NCBI RefSeq assembly: GCF_036365525.1
Contig: NC_090375.1
Coordinates: 182,373,799 to 182,437,798, forward strand
Length of the DNA stretch: 64,000 nucleotides
Direction of reading: 5' to 3'
From: Heterodontus francisci
Taxonomy: Eukaryota
Part shown: piece by piece, positions 37,650-50,392 of the stretch
How positions within the stretch are numbered: the first letter of the stretch is position 1
Layout of the letters: every line of letters starts with the position of its first letter
Notes under the pieces: model-generated
Databases searched by the model: none
Told to the model about the DNA's origin: nothing
The model's input: the letters and a program-made list of their open reading frames with translations, nothing else
Position numbers and translations under genes: made by a program

Positions 37650-39685
37650 ACCCCCCCCCCGTGCGCTGTGTCCCCCCCCCTCCCCCCGTGCGCTGTGTCC
37701 CCCCCCCTCCCCCCGTGCGCTGTGTCCCCCCCCCCTCCCCCCGTGCGCTGTGTCCCCCCCCCCTCCCCCCGTGCGCTGTGTCTCCCCCCCCCCGTGCGCT
37801 GTGTCTCCCCCCCCCCCGTGCGCTGTGTCCCCCCCCCGTGCGCTGTGTCCCCCCCCGTGCGCTGTGTCCCCCCCCGTGCGCTGTGTCCCCCCCCCGTGCG
37901 CTGTGTCCCCCCCCCGTGCGCTGTGTCCCCCCCCCGTGCGCTGTGTCCCCCCCCCGTGCGCTGTGTCCCCCCCCCGTGCGCTGTGTCCCCCCCCCGTGCG
38001 CTGTGTCCCCCCCCCGTGCGCTGTGTCCCCCCCCCGTGCGCTGTGTCCCCCCCCCGTGCGCTGTGTCCCCCCCCCGTGCGCTGTGTCCCCCCCCCGTGCG
38101 CTGTGTCCCCCCCCCGTGCGCTGTGTCCCCCCCCCGTGCGCTGTGTCCCCCCCCCGTGCGCTGTGTCCCCCCCCCGTGCGCTGTGTCCCCCCCCCGTGCG
38201 CTGTGTCCCCCCCCCGTGCGCTGTGTCCCCCCCCCGTGCGCTGTGTCCCCCCCCCCGTGCGCTGTGTCCCCCCCCCCGTGCGCTGTGTCCCCCCCCCCGT
38301 GCGCTGTGTCCCCCCCCCCGTGCGCTGTGTCCCCCCCCCCGTGCGCTGTGTCCCCCCCCCGTGCGCTGTGTCCCCCCCCCGTGCGCTGTGTCCCCCCCCC
38401 GTGCGCTGTGTCCCCCCCCCGTGCGCTGTGTCCCCCCCCCGTGCGCTGTGTCCCCCCCCCGTGCGCTGTGTCCCCCCCCCGTGCGCTGTGTCCCCCCCCC
38501 GTGCGCTGTGTCCCCCCCCCGTGCGCTGTGTCCCCCCCCCGTGCGCTGTGTCCCCCCCCGTGCGCTGTGTCCCCCCCCGTGCGCTGTGTCCCCCCCCCGT
38601 GCGCTGTGTCCCCCCCCGTGCGCTGTGTCCCCCCCCCCGTGCGCTGTGTCCCCCCCCCGTGCGCTGTGTCCCCCCCCCGTGCGCTGTGTCCCCCCCCCGT
38701 GCGCTGTGTCCCCCCCCGTGCGCTGTGTCCCCCCCCGTGCGCTGTGTCCCCCCCCGTGCGCTGTGTCCCCCCCCCGTGCGCTGTGTCCCCCCCCCCGTGC
38801 GCTGTGTCCCCCCCCCCGTGCGCTGTGTCCCCCCCCCCGTGCGCTGTGTCCCCCCCCCCCGTGCGCTGTGTCCCCCCCCCCCGTGCGCTGTGTCCCCCCC
38901 CCCCGTGCGCTGTGTCCCCCCCCCCGTGCGCTGTGTCCCCCCCCCCGTGCGCTGTGTCCCCCCCCCCGTGCGCTGTGTCCCCCCCCCCGTGCGCTGTGTC
39001 CCCCCCCCCGTGCGCTGTGTCCCCCCCCCCGTGCGCTGTGTCCCCCCCCCCGTGCGCTGTGTCCCCCCCCCCGTGCGCTGTGTCCCCCCCCCCGTGCGCT
39101 GTGTCCCCCCCCCGTGCGCTGTGTCCCCCCCCCGTGCGCTGTGTCCCCCCCCCCGTGCGCTGTGTCCCCCCCCCCGTGCGCTGTGTCCCCCCCCCGTGCG
39201 CTGTGTCCCCCCCCCCGTGCGCTGTGTCCCCCCCCGTGCGCTGTGTCCCCCCCCCGTGCGCTGTGTCCCCCCCCCGTGCGCTGTGTCCCCCCCCCGTGCG
39301 CTGTGTCCCCCCCCCCCGTGCGCTGTGTCCCCCCCCCCGTGCGCTGTGTCCCCCCCCCCGTGCGCTGTGTCCCCCCCCCCGTGCGCTGTGTCCCCCCCCC
39401 CGTGCGCTGTGTCCCCCCCCCCGTGCGCTGTGTCCCCCCCCCCGTGCGCTGTGTCCCCCCCCCCGTGCGCTGTGTCCCCCCCCCCGTGCGCTGTGTCCCC
39501 CACCCCGTGCGCTGTGTCCCCCACCCCGTGCGCTGTGTCCCCCCCCCCGTGCGCTGTGTCCCCCCCCCCGTGCGCTGTGTCCCCCCCCCGTGCGCTGTGT
39601 CCCCCCCCCGTGCGCTGTGTCCCCCCCCCGTGCGCTGTGTCCCCCCCCCGTGCGCTGTGTCCCCCCCCCGTGCGCTGTGTCTCCC
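37650..39685 (+). repeat. Minisatellite, unit GTGCGCTGTGT + C8-11 (about 20 bp, about 100 copies)
   Basis: Directly visible, highly homogeneous array that varies mainly in C-run length. Confidence 0.98.
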
Positions 39686-39689
39686 CCGC

Positions 39690-40135
39690 CTCATTCTGTC
39701 CCCCCCCTCCATGTCCCCCTTTCTCTCTCTCCCTCACTCTCACCCGCTCTCTGTCTTCCCCTACCCGCTCTCTGCCGCTCCCTCTCTCTGTACCCCCCGT
39801 CCCCCTCCCTCTCTCTGTCCCCTCCCTTTCTCTCCCTCTGTCCCCTCCCTTTCTCTCTCTCTGTCCCCTCCCTTTCTCTCTCTCTGTCCCCTCCCTTTCT
39901 CTCTCTCTCTGTCCCCTCCCTTTCTCTCTCTCTCTGTCCCCTCCCTTTCTCTCTCTCTGTCCCCTCCCTCCCTCTCTCTCTCTGTCCGCCCCCTCCCTCT
40001 CTCGCTCCGTCCCCCTCCTTCACTCTGTCCCCACACCCTCGCCGCCTCTGCTTCCCTCCCCTGCCTCCCCCTGCTCTTGGCCCCCCCCTACCCCGCCACT
40101 CTCGCTCGCTCAGTCTCTCTCTCTCTCTCTCTCTG
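39690..40135 (+). repeat. Pyrimidine-rich (CT)n / ctgtcccctccctttctctct repeats
   Basis: Directly visible. Confidence 0.9.
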
Positions 40136-41025
40136 TGGGAACGCTCAGCAGAGCAGGTTTGTGATTGTTCAGTTTTTTGGACAAAAAGCGCAAGTCACTT
40201 TCATGGCTGACAGGTGATGGGAGCAGGAACTGCAGTTTCCTGACTTCGGACAGCTTTCGAGTTTTCCGGCAGGTTCCAACTTTTTTTAAAAGCCCGCCAG
40301 AAAACCCCAAAGCTCTTCGTAGTTGGGAAACTGCTGTTCCCGCTCCCAGCACCTGTCAGCTGTGAAACTGACGTGATTTTTAAAAAAAAAGCCAATCTAG
40401 AAAAAGAAGCCAATGCAAAATTTCTCATCTCTGAAATACATCCGCAGGCCAGATGGAAACCTTTAACGGGCCATATGTTGGACAACGTAACATGCATTGT
40501 TTCTGGGGAAAGTTGAAATAGGATTGCAGGTGACCAGGAAGGTGCAGATACGCACAGCTTACCCTCTTATGTGCAAGTCTCTTACCTGGTCTTCACATAC
40601 CTCTCTGCCTCGCTTTCCTCCTTTAAGACACTACTTAAAACGCACCTGTTTGACCAAGCTTTTGGTCATATGACCTGATGTAATCCCCTTATGTGGCTTG
40701 GTGACATAATTTGTTCTATAATTCTCCTGTGAAGCACCTTAGGATGTTTTGTTACGTTAAAGGTGCTACATAAATATAAGTTGTTGTTGCTTTAGGTTGA
40801 AGTAATGCTGCAAAGCTTGAAATCTATTTTCAATCATGTGTACTAGGCAGACCAGTAGAATTGGTATTAATGGCAAATAATCTTTTAAATTTACTAAATA
40901 GCAGTATGCACTGTTTCTAACATGACGTACACTGCAGTAGGAGATCTATAAAATATGGAATTAATTATAGTGGGGATGCAATACAGAATAATATAGACCT
41001 TGAAAGAAGTTTTCTTTGTTTAAAG

Positions 41026-41100
41026 AATATAAGAAAGCACGACAAGAAATCAAGAAGAAATCATCTGATACATTGAAACTTCAGAAGAAGGCCAAGAAAG
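41026..41100 (+). CDS. MTSS1: MTSS1 coding exon (exon 6 equivalent, basic I-BAR tip)
   Basis: aag acceptor, 75 nt, gtatgt donor. Encodes EYKKARQEIKKKSSDTLKLQKKAKK and ends in phase 1. Confidence 0.96.
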
Positions 41101-41799
41101 GTATGTTGTTTCACAAAGCACATTTGCATTACTGTTAATTTATATAGTGCAATGTTAACATTTTACCAGTAGGTTTATCTCATTAACTGCAGCAGTTTTG
41201 AACCTACTTTTTCTACACAGTTGTGTTGTCCATTGATATGAAGTTACGGATACTATCGTCCACTTCATGATAACCCAGCAAAAGGTGGATAAGCAGTATA
41301 TATTGACTCAGTACAGCTGTTTATGACAATAAAAATAATGCAGAAGTGATAAAGCTTGTTCTTACTGGTTTCAGGCATCATTACATCCTAATTTCTGTGA
41401 ACTCGTAATATTTGGTGTTTGAATTTGATTTACTCATAGTACCTTTTTTAAAAAACTGTCACTTCTTTTGTACAAAACATTAGCCTGAGATTAATTGGCG
41501 TACACCACTGAAAAAGAAGCCACGCTCTCGTTAATTTGCACTACATATTTCTACCCCTGGGAAGATAAATCAATGCCATCAGCATAAGTGTAGGAGACAT
41601 GATGCTATCAGTGTTACAGTTTCTTGAATCGCAGGAAACCTAAGAAGCTCACAAGATTATCCCTCCAAGGGTCCAGACCACAGAGTGAACTTTTACCTTC
41701 ATTATTGTCACCAAGATAATTACATATGAGGAAGACCATACAATACTCTAAGCCTATTCTACTGCAGGAACTGGCAGTCCCCTAACACAGTATCTAATG

Positions 41800-42292
41800 G
41801 TCATTGGCAATGTGGTTGATAATGAAGAAGAAAGCTATGGACTGCAGGAAGGTGTCAGTGGACTGGTCAGGTGGGCAGAACAGTGGCAAATGGAGTTCAG
41901 TCTAGAGAAGTGTGAGGTAATGCATTTGGGGAGACTGACAAAGGCAAGGGAATACACAAATGGTTGGATGGTGCGAAGTATAGCAGAATAGAGGGACCTT
42001 GAACTGTATGTCCACAGATCCCTGAAGGTGGCTGAACAGGTAGATAAGGTGGCAAAGAAGGCATACGGGCACTTTCCTTTATTAGTTGAGGCATACAATA
42101 TAAGTGCAGTGAGGTTTTGCTGGTACTGCATAAAACACTGGTGAGGCCACAGGTAGAGTTCTGCGTGCAGTTCTGGTCAGCGTATTATAGGAAAGATGTG
42201 ATTGCACAAGGGAGCGTACAGAGGAGATTTACAAAGATGTTGCCTAGACTGGAGAATTTTAGTTATGAGGAAAGATTAAATAGTCTAGGGTT
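41800..42292 (+). mobile_element. CR1 RT C-terminal fragment
   Basis: WAEQWQMEFSLEKCEVMHLG and LVRPQVEFCVQFWS. Confidence 0.85.
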
Positions 42293-44199
42293 ACATACGA
42301 ACATATGAATTAGGAGCAGAAGTAGGCCATTGGGCCACTCCAGCCTGCTGCACCATTCAATAAGATCAAGGCTGATCTGTTTGTGTTTCGAATTCCACAC
42401 TCCCTTCTACCCCCGATAACCTTAGATTCTTGTTAGGCAAGGGAATCAATCTACTTCCGCCTAAAAAAATATTCTATGACCCTGCCTCCACCAACTTCTG
42501 AGGCAGAGTGTTGCAAAATCGCACAACCCTCTGAGAGAAAAAATTCTCCTTATCTCTGTCCTAAAAGGGCGACCCCTAACTTTAAAACAGTACCCCCTAG
42601 TTCTGGACTCACCTACAAGAGGAAACATCCTTTCCACATCGACCTTGTCAAGACCGTTCAGGATCTTGTATACTTCAATCAAGTCTCCCCTCACTGTTCT
42701 AAACTCCAGTGAAAACAAACCCATCTGTCCAACCTTTACTCATAAGACAACCCACTCATTCCAGGTAGCAATCTAGTAAACGTCCTCTGAACCGCCTCCA
42801 ATGCATTTACATCCGTCCTTAAATAAGGAGACCAAAACTGCACACAGTATTCAAGATGTGGTCTCACCAGTGCTCTGTATAACTGAAGCATTCCTCTTGT
42901 AATAAAGGATTGCATTCAGTTAGCCTTCTTTATTACTTGCTGTACCTGCTTTCTAACTTTTTGTGACATGCACTAGAACACCTATATCCCTCTGCACCTC
43001 GGCATTCTGCAGTTATTCTCTGTTTAAGTAATACTCTGCTTTTTTACTCTTCCTGCCAAAGTGAACAACTTCACATTTTCCCACATTATACTCCATCTGC
43101 CAGATTTTTTCCCCCTCACTCAACTTCTCTATATCGGTCTTCAACCTCCTTATGTCCTCTTCACAACATACTTTCCTCCCTATCTTTGTGTCATCTACAA
43201 ACTTAGTTACCATGCCATTACTCCCCTCCTCTAAGTCATTGATATAAATTGTAAAATGTTGAGGCTGTAGCACAGACCCCTGAGGGACTCCACTCGTCAC
43301 ATCCTGCCAATCAGAAAAGGACCCATTTATGCATACTCTGTTTTCTGCCAACCAGCCAATCTTCTATCCATGTTAATATGTTGCCCCCTACACCATTAGC
43401 TCCTACTTTGCGCAATAAGCTTTTATGTGGCACCTTGTCAGATGCCTTCTGGAAATCCAAGTACAGTACGTCAACAGGCTCCCCTTGATCCACAGCACAT
43501 GTTACTCCTTCAGAGAACTCCAATAAATTGGTTAAACATGATTTCCCTTGCACAAAACCATGCTGACCATTCCTGATTACCTTGAGTTTTTCTAAGTGCC
43601 CAGCTATAGCCTCCTTAATGATCAATTCTAACACCTTCCCCACGACAGACATTAATGTCTGTTACATGCTTTTTGCCTTCCCTCTCCCCCACTTTCTTGA
43701 ATAGAAGGGTTTATATTTGCTTTTTTCCAGTCTGATGGAACCTTTCCAGAATCTAGCAAATTTTGAAAAATTAACACCAGCGCATCGACTACCTCATTAG
43801 CCACTCTTTTAAGACTGTAGGATGAAGCCCATCAGGACCTGGGGGCTTGTCAGCCCGCAGCTCCATCAGTTTGCTCAGTACCATTTCCCTGGTGATTGTA
43901 ACTTCACCCAAGTTCCTCTCTTCCTTCCACCTCCTGATTTACAGCTATTACAGGAATATTTTTGTATCCTCTATAATGAAGACAGAAGCAAAATATTTGT
44001 TCTTTTCATCTGCCATTTCCTTATTATCTACTATCAATTCCCCTTTCTCTCTCTCTCTAGAGGACCACCACTCATTTTACTTACTGTCTTCCTTTTTAAA
44101 TACCTGTAGAAACTCTTGCATTTTTACATTTCTAGCTAGCTTCCTCTTATATTCTAATTTCTTTCTCCTGATTAACCTTTTAGTCATTCTCTGCAGTTA

Positions 44200-44543
44200 G
44201 GGCGGCACAATGGCGCAGTGGTTAGCACTGCAGCCTCACAGCTCCAGGGACCCGGGTTCGATTCCGGGTACTGCCTGTGTGGAGTTTGCAAGTTCTCCCT
44301 GTGTCTGCGTGGGTTTTCTCCGGGTGCTCCGGTTTCCTCCCACAAGCCAAAAGACTTGCAGGTTGACAGGTAAATTGGCCATTATAAATTGTCACTAGTA
44401 TAGGTAGGTGGTAGGGAAATAGAGGGACAGGTGGGGATGTTTGGTAGGAATATAGGATTAGTATAAATGGGTGGATGATGTTCGGCACAGACTCGGTGGG
44501 CCGAAGGGCCTGTTTCAGTGCTGTATCTCTAATCTAATCTAAT
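44200..44543 (+). mobile_element. Full-length HE1/V-SINE-type SINE
   Basis: GGGCGGCAC head, V-core, (CTAAT)n tail and a CAGTT flanking duplication. Confidence 0.92.
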
Positions 44544-44843
44544 CAGTTCTTGATATTCTGACCAATCACCTGACCTGCCACTTACCTTTGCGCAGTTATA
44601 TGCTTTTTCCTTAAGTTTGATGCTTTCTTTAACTACTTTAGTTAACCACGGATGGTGGGTCCTCCCCTTACAATTTTCCTTTATAGTAGGAATATACTTA
44701 TCCTGAGTATTCTGAAATATCCCCTTAAATGTCTGCCACTGCTTCTCTATTGATCTATCTCCAAGCCTAGTAACCCAGTTCACTTCAGCTAGCTTAGCTT
44801 TCATGCCAATATAGTTGACCTTATTTAAGTTTCAAATACTAGT

Positions 44844-45194
44844 TTTAGTTTTAGAGATACAGCACTGAAACAGGCCCTTCGGCCCACCGAGTCTGTGCCG
44901 ACCATCAACCACCCATTTATACTAATCCTACACTAATCCCATATTCCTACCATATCCCCACCTGTCTCTATGTTTCCCTCCCACCTACCTATACTAGGGG
45001 CAATTTTTAATGGCCAATTAACCTATCAACCTGCAAGTCTTTGGCATGTGGGAGGAAACCGGAGCACCCGGATGAAACCCACGCAGACACAGGGAGAACT
45101 TGCAAACTCCACACAGGCAGTACCCAGAATTGAACCCGGGTCGCTGGAGCTGTGAGGCTGCGGTGCTAACCACTGCGCCACTGTGCCGCCCGCC
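44844..45194 (-). mobile_element. Full-length HE1/V-SINE-type SINE
   Basis: Reverse complement of the same family, with a CTAGT flanking duplication. Confidence 0.92.
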
Positions 45195-45604
45195 CCTAGT
45201 CTTAGACCCACTCTTCTCTCTTCCAAATCATATTGTAGTCGCTGTTACCGAGAGGTGCCTTTACTCTGAGGTCATTAATTAATCCTGTCACATTACACAA
45301 TACCAAGTCTAATATAACCTCCTCTCTGGTAGGTTCCAGAATGTGCTGTTCTAAGAAATTGTCTCTGAGGCATCCTTTGAACTCCTCATCCAGGCTACTA
45401 TTGCTAATCTGATTTTTCCAGTTTATATGTAGATTACAATCACTCACAATTATTGCTGTCCCTTTATCACAAGCACACATTATTTCTTGTATATTTCGTT
45501 CTATATTGTGGTTACTGTTAGGGGGCTTGTAGACCACTCCCACTAGTGACTTCTTTCCCCTTCTATCCCTCATCTCCACCCAAACTGATTCTACATGCTG
45601 ATCT

Positions 45605-46015
45605 CTGCTTGTTTTCTTTGAAGCAGCGGAGACTGAGGGGAGACATAATTGAAGGGTATAAAATTACGTGGGGTCTAGATAGAGTGGACAGGAAGGTCCT
45701 GTTCTCTTTGGTTGAGGGGTCCATAACTGGGGGCATAGATTTAGGGTAAGGCATTTAGTAGGGATTCAGGGGGATATTTTTTCATTCAGAGGGTGGTGGA
45801 GATCTGAAACTTACTGCTTGAAAGGGTGGTAGAGGCAGAAACCCTCTTAACATTTAAAAAGTACTTGGATATACACTTGAAGTACTATAACCTACAAGGC
45901 TACAGACTGTCAGCTGGAACGTGGTATCAGGCTGGATGGCTGCTTGTCAGCTGGCATGGACACAGTGGGAAAATAGCCTCCTTCCGTGCTGTAAATTTCT
46001 GTCACGTCTATGATT
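45605..46015 (+). mobile_element. CR1 3' fragment
   Basis: LFSLKQRRLRGDIIEGYKI and VEAETLLTFKKYLD. Confidence 0.8.
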
Positions 46016-46091
46016 TTAAGAATTGCCATGTTCATGATACCATACCTAAAAGACCATTTTCTTTTTCTCATGCTAATCTGTCCTCATCCTT

Positions 46092-47200
46092 TGTTTCTAT
46101 TTGTTCGGGGGCTGTGGGTGTCGCTGACTATGCCAGCATTTATTGCCCATCCCTAATTATCCTTGAGAAGGTGATGGTGAGCTGCCTTCTTGAATCCTTG
46201 GGGTGTAGGTACACCAACAGTGCTGTTAGGAAGGGAGTTCCAGGATTTTGACCCAGCAACAGTGAAGGAATGGCGATATAGTTCTAAGTCAGGATGTTGT
46301 GTGGCTTGGAGGAGAACTTGCAGGTGGTGATGTTCCCATGCATCTGCTGCCCTTGTCCTTCTAGGTAGTTGAGATTGTGGATTTGGAAAGTGCTGTTTAA
46401 GGAGCCTTGGTGAGTTGCCAACGTGCATCTTGTAGATGGTACACTGTGCGTCGGTGGTGGAGGGAGTGAATGTTGAAGGTGGTGGATGCTGTACAAATCA
46501 AGTGGGCTGCTTTGTCCTGGATGGTGTCAAGCTTCTTGAGTGTTGTTGGAGCTGCAGCCATCCAGGCAAATTGAGAGTATTCCATCACACTCCTGACTTG
46601 TTTAGTTTAGAGATACAGCACTGAAACAGGCCCTTCGGCCCACCGAGACTGTGCCGACCATGAACCACCCATTTATACTAATCCTACACTAATCCCATAT
46701 TCCGACCACATCCCCACCTGTTGCTATATTTCCCTACGACCTACCTATACTAGGGGCAATTTATAATGGCCAATTTACCTATCAACCTGCAAGTCTTTTG
46801 GCTTGTGGGAGGAAACCGGAGCACTCGGAGAAAACCCACGCAGACACAGGGAGAACTTGCAAACTCCACACAGGCAGTACCCAGAATTGAACCCGGGTCG
46901 CTGGAGCTGTGAGGCTGCGGTGCTAACCACTGCCCCACTTGTGCCTTGTGGATGGTGGACAGGCACTGGGGAGACGGGAGGTGAGTCATTCGCCACAGAA
47001 TTCCCAGCCTTTGACCTGCTTTTGTAGCCGCAGCATTTATATGGCTGGTCCAGTTCAGTTTCTGGTCAATGGTAACCCCCAGGATGTTGATAGTGATTCA
47101 GTGATGGTAATGCCATTGAATGTCAAGGGGAGATGGTTAGATTTATTTTGTTTGAGATGGTCATTGTGTTGTGCGAATGTGACATGCCACTTATCAGTCC
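46092..47200 (-). mobile_element. 3' part of the second LINE family with an HE1/V-SINE inserted at about 46601-46935
   Basis: MEYSQFAWMAAAPTTLKKLDTIQDKAAHLI. The SINE is flanked by an ACTTGT duplication. Confidence 0.85.
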
Positions 47201-47204
47201 ACAC

Positions 47205-47554
47205 TAAAGGCTGGCTCGGGGTCTGCAAATGAAACCCAATCCAAGCCCAACAGAACCACGATCCGACCTGGCCAGAGTCCTTTTATTTTTTCCCGAGCCG
47301 ACCACACCACTGGAATGTTCAGTTAACCTCACTTCCGTTTTTCACTTTTTAAGCTTGTGCAGATAAGCAACAAAAACTGAAACTGGACTTGAAAGGTTGT
47401 TCAAAAAGTGCATTTAAGATTGGAGCCATGTACCGGAGGTGGTGATAGAATGTGTCTGAGCCGGCCCGACCCCAAATGCCAGACCCTGAAGAGCAACCCG
47501 ACCCTCCCGAACCAGAGACATGTCGTCGGGTTCGGGTCGGGTAGCCATGTTCTA
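47205..47554. mobile_element. hAT (Ac-like) MITE
   Basis: Subterminal CCCGA/TCGGG repeats, TA..TA ends and 8-bp TSD GTCCACAC / GTCCACAG. Confidence 0.65.
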
Positions 47555-47954
47555 GTCCACAGCATTGTTTAATGTTCGGTATTTTAAGAAGTTTACAGTA
47601 TCAGGTTCTTGCAAATCAGTGCTTGTATAATGTCTCCCATCTTGAATAATTTTTATTGAGTATCTGATTCACAATGAAGGAAGCAAAATTCCTATATTGG
47701 AACGAATCCTACAATGACAAACTCTGCATTTTTCTTTTTTTTTAAGCATTTTCCACATGCCTTTGGAGTTAGTCCAGTTCTGAATTTGTTCTCTGAAAAA
47801 CATGCATTGGCCATGCCATTTTGCTATCAGAGACTTGGTCCTTTTTAAATGGCAGACTGCTGCGGTGTCATATATAGCCCTGATCATGTGCTGGAGGATT
47901 AGCCATTGAGTTCACATCATTTCCTTATGAATGCAACATCCTTTATAAATATAG

Positions 47955-47974
47955 ATTGTATTGACATAATTCAG
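47955..47974 (+). CDS. MTSS1: Candidate MTSS1 microexon A (20 nt, DCIDIIQ, phase 1 to 0)
   Basis: atag acceptor (weak tract), CAG|GTATGG donor, in frame with exon 41026-41100. Confidence 0.5.
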
Positions 47975-49391
47975 GTATGGCAAAAGACAACTTTAGAACA
48001 TTTTTTAAAGGTGATTTTTGTTTTTAGGTCATACCCAATTCAACAGCAGCATTGCTGTTTGTTTCATGGCAGACTTAAACTAATGAAATAATTAAATGCT
48101 ATAAACCTATCATGAAATGTAATTCGATATAACTATTTACATTTTTTCAAGAAGGAAATTTTTTTAACAAAGATAATACCTATTATTTAAAACAGTTCAA
48201 TTAAAACTGATTTGAGCTATATTTGTTTCTATTTATGGGTCGCTGCACATTATGATCAGAGTGTAGTTTGCGGCACAGATTATTTGCAAGAGATTAGGCC
48301 ATTGCAGCATATAATCATGCTGTGGATTTCCACTATTCTAATTTTAAAACTACTGTATGTAGAATTTTTGGTCATGCACAGAAAGTCCAACTCCCTTGGA
48401 TCCTTTGTCTTAATTCTCCAGAATTTTTAATAAATAGTTTCTATTACTTATTCTGAAAGCATTCCTGCATGCTTTGTTGTACGCAATTTATCATTTTTTC
48501 CTAAAGCTGGTTTTAGAGTTACGCTTGCTTTGTTCAATACCAAAAACTGTTTGCTGAAGGGTGAACAACTGTGATTACATCAAATACTAATGTTTCAGTT
48601 TGTGTGTCACAGCTGTCCCATGTCTTGGCTAGTTATTTTTTCAAATGTATTATATACTTTATTAATGTAAAAAAAATTGATTAAGTATTTTGGCACATCA
48701 AAAATATTCGAGTAAGATTGTTGTATAAAAGTCATTAGTTTAAGATTAAAAAATTCATGCAGCATCTTAAATCAATATGGGAGTATTGGGCAACACATTT
48801 TATGATGCAAAGCTGTCCTATAAGTTTTGGGCATACATGATATTCATAGAAAAAATGATCTGCCAACAGTAATCCCCAGCATAGTTCACTTAAAAAAAAA
48901 ATGTAAGTGTTTGGGTGTGTGTTCCAGAGTGTAGGATATAGCACTCAAATGTTTTGGATGCTGTTTAGTTCTGATTATTAAGCTCATTGAGTGTTAATGT
49001 TGCAACGTGACCATCTAGTCTCTAGTGCATTCGAGGAAAATTGAAGGTACTTAATTTGATAAATACCAGTTTACTGAGTTCTTTAGTCTGACCTGTACAG
49101 CTGTATTATGGACATAATCAGCTTGTAACATTGTCCCTGTTTGAGATGTGTTGAAGAAATTCTGACTTTGATCTAATAGCAGTAGTTGCCTATCTTCACG
49201 AATGACGAGAACTAGCTTTGCAGAAGCTTTGGTTGTTTTGGCGGGGGGAAGGGTTGCGCAAACAAAATTTCATGTATTTGAGCTCTCCATTTGAAATTTG
49301 TGGGATTAGAATGGGTGGCTAGTTTTTTCAGCCGGTGCAGATACGATGGGCTGAATGGGCTCTTTCTGTGCAGTAACTTTTCTATGGTTCT

Positions 49392-50214
49392 TGTTACGAC
49401 CAGGTGAGAAAGGTGCCTAGGGGTCTTTTGCTGTCTTCACCTGGTCTTATTGCAACAGAGTTTAATTTTTAAACACAGTGTTTTGAGCTCCCCCTTGGTG
49501 AATCCTTGTTCACTGCTTTCCAATTATAAGGCAAAGAAAAGAGCATAAACAGGCTTTCTTAGGTTTAAAGAAGAAAAATGAAATTTATTAAAACTTAAAC
49601 TCTAATTCGGTTAACGCCTACAGATATACGACGTGCCCATGCTCGCATGCACACACGATACCCGCATGCCAATAGGGACAGAAAAGAGCAGAAGAAAAAT
49701 AGAGCGGTTTGAGGCAGTCCCTGAAGGGAGTTTCTTATAACTGTTCCTGTGTTTCCAGCTCGCCGTCGAGTCTTTGATTGTAGACAGCTCTTACTTTTCT
49801 CAAACCTTGTTCACGTAGGAGGCTTTTCTCTCTTGGCATTTACGTGTCTTCACTGGTTTCCGACGCTGGTGAGAACGAGATGAGAGCAGATAAGAGAGAG
49901 GTATTTTCCAGTCCAAGAGTGAACAGCTTTCTGAATTTCTTTCTCTCAGCAAGTTCAAACTGAAAAAAAACTCCCAACAGTCAGTCAGTCATGTGACTAA
50001 ACTGGTCTGACCAGTTCTTATGTGTCTTGGGGAAGCAAGGATTGGGTTCCTCGTTCCAACACTGTCTGCTAGCATGCAAATGTCTTTCCAGTCAGGGGCT
50101 TGGCAATTCCTTGTGATAGGCCCTCTGTTCTTCCCAGCCACAATTTTAAGTTTTAATGCTCATGTGGCGAAATAATGTGTGTCTCAGTCTTGGCAGGTGG
50201 GGGCCTGCATGACA
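49392..50214 (-). mobile_element. Solo LTR
   Basis: Termini TGTTACG ... CATGACA. The minus-strand end TCTCACCTGGTCGTAACA resembles the other LTR ends. TSD unclear. Confidence 0.65.
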
Positions 50215-50377
50215 GTTTATAGAAATAAACACATTGAAATCAGTTTTGGCAAGTATTTTAATTCTGAAAACTTAAAATTGTGCCATTGTCAACTTTGAAA
50301 GCAAATCCTTCTGTAAGTTTTTTTTAAGGTTTTGTTCAACACTCCATGATTTATGTGTTAATATGTGCTCTTTGTAG

Positions 50378-50392
50378 AATAAAAGGCTTGGG
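50378..50392 (+). CDS. MTSS1: Candidate MTSS1 microexon B (15 nt, NKRLG, phase 0-0)
   Basis: tgttaat..TGCtctttgtag acceptor and consensus GG|GTAAGT donor. Confidence 0.55.

Larger units (their letters stand above)
35288..40486 (-). mobile_element. Internally deleted hAT (Charlie/Buster-type) element hosting several later insertions
   Basis: Ends CAGGGTTGTCCAAC (35288) and GTTGGACAAC (40477-40486). Minus-strand LTDGRLSGILRIATTGMQTSIDYLCKQ at about 35850-35940 resembles the Charlie/GTF2IRD2-type transposase C-terminus. Right TSD not found. Confidence 0.6.
42293..45600 (-). mobile_element. Long CR1 ORF2 fragment interrupted by two SINEs
   Basis: GVVYKPPNS..LGNSDYNMI (endonuclease), QHGFVQGKSCLTNLLEF, GVPQGSVL, KFVDDTK and a 3'UTR near 42300. 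Confidence 0.9.

Noticed and set aside
37470-40217. Five ORFs of 709-864 aa
   Set aside because: They are translations of a stop-free minisatellite in several frames on both strands, not genes.
34296-41100. Assignment to MTSS2 (MTSS1L/ABBA)
   Set aside because: LIDCLINPLQ, QMEEWKKV, KKARQE and KKAKK match MTSS1 as I recall it, rather than MTSS2.
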